DNA of 64,000 bases from a virus. The stretch's first letter is position 1. The number at the start of each line of letters is the position of its first letter. A program made the position numbers and the translations under genes. Below, in pieces: positions 10,238-20,100 of the stretch. The notes beneath the pieces were generated by a model, which was not told the origin of the DNA, searched no databases, and saw only the letters and a program-made list of their open reading frames with translations. The stretch is taken from positions 32,001-96,000 of the IMG/VR virus record IMGVR_UViG_3300047557_004034; one strand, 5' to 3'.

Positions 10238-11236
10238 TTAAATTTTTCGTTTTTCTTTTCTAATCAATTTCATGAATGGTTTAACAAAGTTGACCCAAGC
10301 CTCATCATTTTTTGGTAGAAACTTAAATAGACCGTCAGAGACCATCATTTTCATCAAGTTTTTATATCCCCTGTTTTCGGGGTCGAAAACATCATTATAA
10401 ATCTGTTCGACAATTTGTTTTCCTTCATCGGAAATTAATGGTTGTTGTAGGTCAACAAGTTTTTGGTTAGTAATAAAGTATTCTTCTCCAAGTATACCTC
10501 TTTTTGTTGTTCCCGTCAATAGGTTACTAATCAATTTAACCTTGGACTTTTGCTCGATTTCTCGTGCATTGTTGATTATTTCATCAATAGTGCATGGTTT
10601 ATCAAGCATCTGAGGAAAAAATTTCAACATACTTTTTTCACCGAAAAGTTTTATTCCGTCTATGTTGTCTGATTTGTCGCCAGTTAATACTTTATAAACC
10701 ATAACATTTTGATGTGGTATGTCTATCGAACCCATTTTTATTTTATCACCGTACTTGTAATATCTTTTTTGAACTGGCGAATATATAGTAACTTTATTAG
10801 ATATTAATTGCGTTAGGTCTTTATCTGCTGAAAATATAATAACTTGTTCTTCCTTACATATTTGTGTGTAGTACGCAATTAAATCGTCTGCCTCATTACC
10901 AAACATTTCAACTTGTCTAACGAAAACTTCTTCAAGATATTCTTTTACTCTTTGTTTTTGTTGTAGATAGGATTCATACTTAAAATCCATCATAGATTGT
11001 TTACGGTTCGCCTTGTATTCAGAGTATAGTAGCTTCCTCGCACTTGAATTAGATTCGGCATCCCAAAAGACAACAACCTTATCATGGTTATGTTCTTCCA
11101 AAAATTTTCTTAGGGTGTTTATAAAATGAAAGATTCCACCAACATGTTCAGACTCATTGAATAAATCTTTAACACCGTGGAATCCTATTTTGAATAAATT
11201 ATCACCATCTACCAAAAGGGTTTTAGTCATAATCAT
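10238..11236 (-). CDS. 5'-3' exonuclease / flap endonuclease (T4 RNase H-like)
   Basis: LLVDGDN, YKANR, EADDLIA, SADKDL and GDKSDNIDG motifs. Confidence 0.92.
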   Translation of the reverse strand: MIMTKTLLVDGDNLFKIGFHGVKDLFNESEHVGGIFHFINTLRKFLEEHNHDKVVVFWDAESNSSARKLLYSEYKANRKQSMMDFKYESYLQQKQRVKEYLEEVFVRQVEMFGNEADDLIAYYTQICKEEQVIIFSADKDLTQLISNKVTIYSPVQKRYYKYGDKIKMGSIDIPHQNVMVYKVLTGDKSDNIDGIKLFGEKSMLKFFPQMLDKPCTIDEIINNAREIEQKSKVKLISNLLTGTTKRGILGEEYFITNQKLVDLQQPLISDEGKQIVEQIYNDVFDPENRGYKNLMKMMVSDGLFKFLPKNDEAWVNFVKPFMKLIRKEKRKI

Positions 11237-11245
11237 TCTATATTG

Positions 11246-12250
11246 TTAACTATCTTCTTTTTCTTCTTTCAAGTCAAAATCACCTTCACTTCCAATAATA
11301 TCTTTCCAATAGTCGGCATATTCTTTTTTGTATGACTCAATGGAGGCTTTCTCTTCTGTAGAATCCTTACCCGCTAAAAATCCATGTGGTGTTACAATAA
11401 TTTTGCCGTCGTCGAAACCTAATCCATTTATGTGGTTTTTCATTACCGATACTTTGGACCTAATTGCAAATTTGACACTCCTCTTATCTTTAGTCGCAGT
11501 AATTTTAGTTGTACCAGCACCTTTTTGGTTTCCAAATAAAAATACTAATGATGAGTTTAACCAAACTGATTCACCACCTTTAGCTTTAATTTTTGGTTGA
11601 CCGAAAGGATTATCGGGAAGTTCAACCCAAGGTTGATTAATAATGATGAGGGTATTTTCATATTCAGTGTCTGCCTTTCTTGAACCTGAAATTCTTTGGT
11701 TGATACCCATTCCAATTTTATCAGAAAGGACAGAAGCATTGTGTTGTTTTCCTCCCTTACCTTCATAAGTCATTTTACATGGAACCGAACCAACTGAATC
11801 CCAAATGAAACATAAACTATAGTTTAGTTCCCCTTTTTCTTGAGCATCCAACAACTGATTTATGTAATCAGTAATTTGTTCTATATAACTAAAATTGTTA
11901 TTGAAAAGGAAGAATCCATCCCAATCCATTTCACCTGTTTCCTTATCAGGAACTTCTTCACAATCGAAACCCATCAGTCTCGCATGGTCAAAACTCCATT
12001 TTTGTTCTGTGATTATGAAGACAGGAAGTATCCCTTTTTTTTGAGCATCGACCGCAGATTTGACTGCCGCAGTAGTTTTCCCTGTGTCCGAGTGTCCTAA
12101 AAACATATTGATGTGTCCAATAGCAGGACCAGGTATACCAACAGCATCCAAGAAATCTTGACCTAAGTCTAAAAATCTTTGTGGTTTATATTTTGCTGAA
12201 GTTGAAAACTTTTTCTTAAGACTGCTAAATTCAGTTTTTTTAATTGCCAT
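11246..12250 (-). CDS. recA: RecA/UvsX-like recombinase
   Basis: Walker A GHSDTGKT, Walker B IWDSV, IINQ and KGGE motifs. Confidence 0.85.
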   Translation of the reverse strand: MAIKKTEFSSLKKKFSTSAKYKPQRFLDLGQDFLDAVGIPGPAIGHINMFLGHSDTGKTTAAVKSAVDAQKKGILPVFIITEQKWSFDHARLMGFDCEEVPDKETGEMDWDGFFLFNNNFSYIEQITDYINQLLDAQEKGELNYSLCFIWDSVGSVPCKMTYEGKGGKQHNASVLSDKIGMGINQRISGSRKADTEYENTLIIINQPWVELPDNPFGQPKIKAKGGESVWLNSSLVFLFGNQKGAGTTKITATKDKRSVKFAIRSKVSVMKNHINGLGFDDGKIIVTPHGFLAGKDSTEEKASIESYKKEYADYWKDIIGSEGDFDLKEEKEDS

Positions 12251-12262
12251 AAATTGTAGTTG

Positions 12263-12309
12263 AAAAAAAGGACTTAGATACTCGATTGATTCCGGTACCT
12301 AAGTCCTTT
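12263..12309 (-). terminator. Rho-independent terminator after ssb gene
   Basis: Long inverted repeat aaaggacttag...ctaagtccttt followed by a T-run on the minus strand. Confidence 0.75.
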
Positions 12310-12318
12310 GTATTTTAA

Positions 12319-13161
12319 TTAGAATGGTAAGTCACCATCAACATCCGCATCCGCTTGTGGGTCCACATAGCTTTTCTTACTTCCTCCCATTGATGTCTCA
12401 GAGTCCGTAGAATCACCGTAAACGTATCCACCTCTCTCACTATCCCATCTTGGAGTTTCACCTCTTGCAATAGCCTCTAAATACTCTACAGGTTTTTTGC
12501 TATAAACATCTAACCAAGTCAACTCATCATCAACCCATACTTTACCTTGTTTTTTGTCTTCATGAACAGGTGATGGGTCATCGTACATAATTGTTGATAC
12601 AGTGGTATACTCTTTCCCTTTTGGGGTTTTAGACTTAGTCAATTCGATAATGAGGTCACGACCTTTTTCAGGGTCAGTGATATCACCCTTGTTTCTCCAA
12701 ATAGGAATAATCTTATCCAAGATACCGTCGTTTTTATAGTTGTGTTTGAACCTCCAAAACTTTGGTCCTTCTTCCTCCTTATCTCTATCAATAACTTTTA
12801 CAATATAAAACTTACGTGACTTGTATTGTTTAGCTAATTCTTTGTCAGATTCTTTACCCGTTGAGATAAGTTCTTCGTAGACTTCATTCAAAGGTGAACG
12901 TTCGTTGTCGTTTTTTCCTGGGTCGTAGAACTTTTGCCATTTACCACCTACTTGGATTTCGTGATACCAAGCCTCAACAAATGGTGAAGAACCATCTTTG
13001 GTTGGCAAGATTCGGATTCTTCTTTGACCTGAATTTTCTTTATCTCCTAAAATAAGAGCAAAGTATTTTTTCATTCTTTCCTCTTGAGACATGTTAGATT
13101 GGGCCCCGCCCGATTGTTTTGATTTTTCGTACTGTGCCAATACGGCGTCTAATGTATTCAT
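12319..13161 (-). CDS. Single-stranded DNA-binding protein, T4 gp32-like
   Basis: RIRILP, DITDPEKGRDL motifs; acidic C-terminal tail ending DGDLPF; next to the recombinase. Confidence 0.8.
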   Translation of the reverse strand: MNTLDAVLAQYEKSKQSGGAQSNMSQEERMKKYFALILGDKENSGQRRIRILPTKDGSSPFVEAWYHEIQVGGKWQKFYDPGKNDNERSPLNEVYEELISTGKESDKELAKQYKSRKFYIVKVIDRDKEEEGPKFWRFKHNYKNDGILDKIIPIWRNKGDITDPEKGRDLIIELTKSKTPKGKEYTTVSTIMYDDPSPVHEDKKQGKVWVDDELTWLDVYSKKPVEYLEAIARGETPRWDSERGGYVYGDSTDSETSMGGSKKSYVDPQADADVDGDLPF

Positions 13162-13179
13162 ATTTTAAAATTTATAATG

Positions 13180-13211
13180 CAAATATAATTACTATTTTAA
13201 TATCAGTCAAA
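13180..13211 (-). promoter_or_regulatory. Bacteroidota-type sigma70 promoter (-33 TTTG, 20 nt, -7 TATATTTG)
   Basis: Minus strand tttg-actgatattaaaatagtaat-tatatttg, an exact match to the TTTG-N19-21-TAnnTTTG consensus. Confidence 0.7.
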
Positions 13212-13212
13212 T

Positions 13213-13237
13213 AAAAAAGGTCACCTCAGTGACCTTT
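13213..13237 (-). terminator. Rho-independent terminator
   Basis: aaaggtcac-tgag-gtgacc-tttttt on the minus strand, right after the 13243 stop. Confidence 0.75.
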
Positions 13238-13242
13238 CTAAA

Positions 13243-13878
13243 TTAATATTCGTTTTCCGATTGTGGTGAGAAGCTGTCTTTAACTTCCTTATCTACAATG
13301 TCGGTGACTTGGTCTGAAGTTAAAACATAATCTTTTTTTCCTGTTTTTTCCATTTCTTCTTTTTTATCTTCAAAAAAGTCAGAAAGTTTCTGAGTGAAAG
13401 GATATGAATCGTATGTTCTTAATTCCAACTTTTCTTGTGGAGTTTTTTCCCTATACTTCTCTATTTTACTTTCGAGAGAATTTAATTTACTCACGATAGA
13501 ATCCATTTCAGAAAGTTTCTTTTCTAAATTTTCTATTTGACTGAATAAGTTATTGAAATAATCTTCTTGTTTTTTCTCTATTGTCTCTTGTGACTTAACT
13601 AAGTCCGTAACATCCAATTCCTCAGTACCTCCACCTGATTCTTCAGACTCACCCTTGTCATCGATTTTTTCAACTTCAGGGTCTGCTTCAACATCTATTG
13701 GTGTTGGTGGTACATCAGGTTGTGGTGTTTCACCTGCGGGAGGAGCGACTTCCTCACCGGGAGCTGGTGGCGGTGGCGGTACAGCACCTGCGGTCTCAGG
13801 AGCAACTTGTTCATTTACATAATTATTTATGAAATGATACCTTTCTATTTCACTTAATATTTTCTTATCGATTCCCAT
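13243..13878 (-). CDS. Hypothetical acidic, Pro-rich, coiled-coil protein (possible head/scaffold-associated)
   Basis: 211 aa; N-terminal ILSEIERY, poly-Pro linker, heptad-rich centre. Confidence 0.7.
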   Translation of the reverse strand: MGIDKKILSEIERYHFINNYVNEQVAPETAGAVPPPPPAPGEEVAPPAGETPQPDVPPTPIDVEADPEVEKIDDKGESEESGGGTEELDVTDLVKSQETIEKKQEDYFNNLFSQIENLEKKLSEMDSIVSKLNSLESKIEKYREKTPQEKLELRTYDSYPFTQKLSDFFEDKKEEMEKTGKKDYVLTSDQVTDIVDKEVKDSFSPQSENEY

Positions 13879-13880
13879 TT

Positions 13881-14105
13881 TTATCCGTTTAATAATTGTT
13901 TAATACCTTTTGCGGTTTCTACCTTAACTTTTCTATTGGTGTAAACTTGGTGTCCTGCTCTCTCAATCAATCCATCTTTTTCTCTTACGATGTAGCAATC
14001 ACCAGTATCTAAATCACAAACTTCTTTGGTTCCATTACCCATATCTTCTTCACTAAACCTAACTTGTTTACCCAAATAATTGTTCAAAACGTTATTTAAA
14101 TTCAT
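13881..14105 (-). CDS. Hypothetical protein
   Basis: 74 aa; TATTTATA motif at 14119-14126 upstream. Confidence 0.7.
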   Translation of the reverse strand: MNLNNVLNNYLGKQVRFSEEDMGNGTKEVCDLDTGDCYIVREKDGLIERAGHQVYTNRKVKVETAKGIKQLLNG

Positions 14106-14169
14106 AAAATTTGTTTCCTATAAATATATGTGAAATAACAAATATTAAAAAATCTTCGTACTTGAACTG

Positions 14170-17100
14170 TTATCTTGTAGTGGTGGCACTAGAATTATTA
14201 ACGAACACATAAGTATCTGTGCTTTCCACGGTGCCACCGCTAGTTATAATTTTAATTTTGCCTGACACCTTTGTGATTGGTGTAAAAGTAATACCGGTCG
14301 CGTTAATCGACTGAATTGTGACTTTATTTTCATTCAGAAATACTTGAGTGTTACCGAGTAGATTTGTTCCTGACAAACTAATTGGTTGTATAACTCCCGA
14401 AGTTGTTTGACTCTTTGGGTCAAATTTAGTAATCGTTGGTGGTAAACATTTTGGTTTACCTGAAGTACTTGTACCCTGATTGTTTGTAGGATTATTTTGT
14501 CTTTCCGGGTCATTCGTTCCGACTGTCCCGTCTATTAGTTTTCTAACGTCAATTTGTTGTATACCTAATGAAGTGTTCGTTGCTAGTTGATTGAAAGAAT
14601 TTAAACCTGCTTCCAATCTTGCACCGTTTTGTTTGATGTTGTCATTAGTCCTTCTTCCCGAATAGAAAAACGGTTCACTCACTGAACTTTTAGTGTTCGG
14701 ATAGTAACAATTATAGAATAACCATAAACCTTCCTTTTCGATTAAGTTTCTTCTTTGTCTTAGTCTTTCATATAAAAATTCGACAAACTTATCGGTTGTG
14801 TTGAAAACCGCCCAAGGGGAATCTCTTAATTTATTTTTCACACACATATATGTTTTTTCAAAGTAATCATTATATGTAGGAGAAAAATTTTCACTTAGAT
14901 TTATTGCCGCACTATAATTGTTTCCATAACCCATGAACTTATTTTCTTTAAATGTTGAGACATAACAAATAGAATAGATAATTGCCTTCATACTTATGTC
15001 CGTAACATTTTTCTTGATAAGAACATCATTTATCGAAGTTATCATCTGTTCTGGTGTTATATTTGTTGCAACAAATTTTGTACTAACGAATTGGTTATTC
15101 AGATATACCAAATCTACGTTATTAACACAAGAGTTTTCAGGACTTGGTGATTGTTTCGCATCTGAAACTTTTTTATCCGCCTTTCCTTGGTCTGTAGTTG
15201 GTGGTACCGATGGTTTTTCCGAACTATTTTTTATGAGTGCTTCTACCTTCGTCAGTAAGTTTTGATTTATACTTTGTAGGTATTTGTCAATTTGAGGATA
15301 ATCAAATACAGCCTGTCTTATTCCATTGAATTGTGTTTGGAACGAACCTGGTGTTATAGTGTGAGTAACCTCTTGAATCATATAAGGTCCATTGAACATA
15401 GGAACATGTCTAAGATTAAAATACATTGTAGGTTGAATCATAGCATTACCCACAGCTACAACTGTACAAGGGTAACTTCTTTGGTTATATAAATTATATA
15501 ATCCTACGTTCTGTGTTGCGTTACCAAGTCCGCTTGCAAGTGTTGACATGTTGTATACCTGTGATATAGCTTCAGCAGTTGCTTTACCTGAATCTTGTCC
15601 TACCTGAAACGAATAAAAAATATTTTGATTTCTTACTCCGATATCAACGTTAAACCCAACACATTTATTAGATAATCCCCAATCTGTTTTTCCCTGTTGA
15701 TTTTCAACTAATGGATTGTCTGAAGCCCTCCTCAAATCAAACGCATCTGTTTTGAATCTATAATAGTTGTTGTCGGGTAATTCCAAATAATTAGATGGTT
15801 TACCTGTAAAGAAACAAACCATTTTCGGACCTGAATCTCTATAGTCAACACTTAAGAAAGTTCCCCATAAGTTGTTAGCAAAATTTAAAGTACCTTCAGG
15901 TTTCCTATTCGAAATACCATCAACATCTTGAACGTTATAAAAATTAACATATGCCGGTAGATTCATGATTGAAAAATTATTGTCAATCAATATACCAGCT
16001 AAAAGTGTGTAAACACTCATAATTTCGTTCATAGAACTTGTTGATAACATACTCTTGAGTCTGAAGACATCAATCAGTAAATCGTCTCCTATGTTTCTTG
16101 AAGCCCTATCTAAGAAAAGAATGTCTTCAAATATTGTTTTACTTTCATAATCTCCTCCTGCAATCCATTTGTCATTTAGTGCTTTGAATGTTTCATATAT
16201 TGTGACCTTGGATTGTTGTCCGTCAACAACTGATTGTTTTGTTGTTTCTTGAACCTGACTTTGTCCACTCAAATTTTGTCTCAAGTTGTTCATTACACTG
16301 TTTATGAATAAATCCTGCAGACTTTGACATTGGTCAATATATTGCTGAAGTCTGACTCTAAATCCTGCGACGGTGATGGATTGTAGTTTTTGAGTTGCAT
16401 ACATTTTTATAATAGGTGCAAGTATCTGAATATTCGGAACAGAAAATTTAATATTATTGTCTATGAAAAAATCTGTGATGTAAGACCCTTGGTCTTTGTA
16501 CCTCAAAGCCTCAATTGTCGAAAAACCAACTTGTAGTTCCAACTCTAACCATTCTTTTGGGTATTGTTGTTTGGATAGTCCAAGAGTTATTCCTCCTGTT
16601 GTAGGCAGTGAACCTTTCACATAGGGTTCGAAGTTTATTGGGTCAACAAGTTGTGGTGTTGTGTTATGTGAGAGGAACGATGCAAAAATTCTCCTATTAT
16701 ATTCAGAGGGATTACCGTATTTGAATACAATATCATATTCCATGAAAGTAGTAAGTTGGTTATTTACAACATCGAACTGTTCTCCAATTGTCTTCGTGAA
16801 AAAGGTTTCTTGTGGTATATTTGATGTATTAGGTTTGACCAACATCATATTTTTAAAAAGTAGTTGAAAGTTTCTAAAAACGTCATTCGCCTCTGAGGCA
16901 AAATTGTTGTAGGATGCAATACTAGTATCTGTAATATCTGAAATAGGTTTACTGAAGTTCAGGAACTCTTCTTCAAACCTATCTAGAATATTTTTTTCAA
17001 AAACACCGAACACATCATCGATTTTCATATAGTTCTCCAATTCAGAAAATCTAAATGGGACCATGTCGATTGCATTTGGTTGGTATGTGTTTAAGTATTC

Positions 17101-20100
17101 ATCGTATTTAGGTTGTTTTATCTTCGAAGTATCAAAATACCCAAAGTTCGATGCAGACCAAAATAATCTAGCTGAGCCATTGAATACCGCTTTGTTTCCT
17201 ACGAAGGTATAACCATTCGCTATTCCCTCGGGAGTTACCAAAGCTTCATTCGCCTCATTTATGTTTGCACCGAAAGACGGTACAACATACAACCTTTGTA
17301 TGTCACCAATTATCGGTGGTTGACACTCTTGTGTTTTTGCACTGAACTCGACATTTGCTGGAAGCAATACGCTCCAAGGATAAACGTTAAAAGTCGTGTC
17401 GTTAAGACCTCCTACGTTTTCTATATTTCCTCCTGGCAAATTAACAATCTGCAGCCCTCTATTCACGAGACTTTGTAATTCTTCGTTTGTATAATCCTTG
17501 AATAAGTCGTATCCATTGTAAAAAACGTTGAAGTCGTTTAAAACTTTGGGATAAAACCCTGGTTGTATTTTATATGTTGTGTTATTGTTTGCTTGGAGTT
17601 GGATGTCTATTATCTGTGATTTATCCTTATTACCACTTGTATTAGTAAAAGTATATTTTTTCCCTACATTTTTGGTGATTGGGTCGTAAGCCGAAACATA
17701 ATCGAAATCTTTCCAAGCCTCCGAAATAATATCTACACCTGTCTGTTTGTAAGTTTTATACCTATGCCAAATAGAACCAAACTTGAGAATCCACGCATAT
17801 GGTAATTTGTGAATCGCACCAAATTTCTTCATTACCGCAAACATATAATTCATATCGTCTATCTGAGATATTTGAGTAATTGTTTCCGATAAAGCATTGT
17901 TAGTCACAGAGGTAGATAGAGATTTCAGTTTTTCTCTCAAGGAAATCAAAGGTAATGAATTCAAGAAAAGATATGCCGCAACTTTATATGGTGTCTTATT
18001 ACCCCTTCTCCAATTATCAACACCTTGTAAAATTGAGTTTACAAAGAAGGGAGTGTTCAACATAGATGTTGTTGTTACAACAGGTAATCCTCTACCCCAA
18101 TAAAAAACCGCAGGTGAGTCAGTAAATGTTTTACCCACTGTCATTGGCAGTGTAGTCGGGATTGCTAAATTATAAAAGTTACTTAACTCGAAGTTGTTTT
18201 GGACAAGATTCGATTGGTTTTCCGGTGTTTGGAAGGCAAAGTTTGTAACAGGTCTATTAGTGTCGAAGTTCTTTAAATCAGTGAAATTCGATATTACATT
18301 TTGCTCTTTGTAAATTCTTAAACTTTCCGTTGTCTGATACCTTTTTGGAAAAATATTTGTGTTGTTTCCTACCAAGTTTGTTTCACACCATTTATCATCG
18401 GTAAATGGATATGTATCTATGATTGATAATACATTTGGTGTAGTATCAATAATCTTTTCTAGCTGAACCGAATACTTGGCTAAATTATTTTGTAACGTTG
18501 GTCCTATATCATTTAGTTCTCTAATTTCAAAAGAGTTTCTAAGATATCCGTTGATATATGGGGTTACAAAAAAATCTCTAATATATTGTTGATATAACCT
18601 ACCAGTACCTTGATTGGAAAAACTATATAAAGTATTTTGGTAATTTTGAGCAGTTATTTGATAATTTTTCAGTTTGTATGTTAAATAAGGTGAGCTTGTG
18701 CCCAAGCTTGTTTTGATGTTTTCACTTTCGTAGTTTGTTACTAATAGGTTCAACTCATCTTTTGATGTTCCTTGTACTCTACCTAAACCCGTATAAAAAG
18801 ATGTCAAATATTGTCTTTCCCAAATTTCATAAAAAAATTTAATCTCATCCTTATTTCTATACGCAATATTATTTTGAGGAAATTCTAATGAGTTTATATT
18901 CAACAAGTTTGTTTGCGAAGAATTTTCTAATGGTGGAGGTGCAATTGGTGATTGAAATTTTTGAGTTAGACCTTTCAGGTATTCTTCAACAAATTCCACT
19001 TCAGGCCAAACGTCGTATCTATTACCTTTGGTAACATCAACAACAGAAGGGTCCGCTAAATATTTCAACTGAAACTTACCCTTTTTGTCTTCATTCGTTT
19101 CGACAAAAAATTGTGGCCATGGGTATATTGGAATGTTCGAACTGTTCAAAGTTGAATTGGGTGAAGACCCTTCCACATTTTGTTTTGCGTCAGAACTTAC
19201 TGCCGCAGACTCGTTGTTTAAAATTGCACTTCTTCTGACTGGGTCGTTCCTCAAACTCCAAGATTTTGTATGAACTTCGTCCATTAGTCTAATGAAACCT
19301 TCTGTGGAAGCCATAATGATTGCTGAAATATTTCTTACAGTCGGTCTGAATCCTAAACCTATCTTATCATCCTCTAATTTTTTCGCAAGTGTTGCAGTAA
19401 TCTCAGATTCATAATCACTTAATTTTTTATTCGCTTGAGCTTCCATTGACCTTATATTATCTATAAAGGTTTGTAAGTTGAAAGTATTGTCGGATAAGAG
19501 TTGGGTTTTTCCTGAGTTTTGCTCTTTGACAAACTTAGGTAAAAGTGAAGGGATTATAAGGCTTAAAGCATCTTTATACTCCTTGGAGGTTTCATTCTCG
19601 AAGAAAACTCCTCTTTCCTTTAAAGTTTCTAAACCATCAATTTCCGCCAAATTAAGTTTTGGTTCTGTGAAAATATCTTTAGTGATTGGGTTATTTATGA
19701 CAGACTTAGAACTAACAACACCCAACGTTCCATTTTCCGCCAAAGCTTTATTATATTCTTTGATGTATTTTGTTAAATCACCAATAGCATCTGTTTTTGC
19801 TTGAGGTGAAAGGCCTTGTTTATAGGTAAATCTTTTCTGACCATCTTTCAGGACTATAGGATTTGGGTTCAAATATGTGTTGAACCATGAATCATTAGAT
19901 TGATATATTTTTTCATAGTATTTTGTGAGAGTTGATTTATAACTTCTACAATCTGTTAGTGGTTGAACATCAGCTTGAGTATATTGGGACATGATGTTTT
20001 TCTCGAATGTGTCTATTTTCTGAATTAGCTGATAGAATGTAATTTCGGGAAAGTCAGGCTCTATTAATCCTTTCGCCTTGTATTCACTGTATACTTGTGA

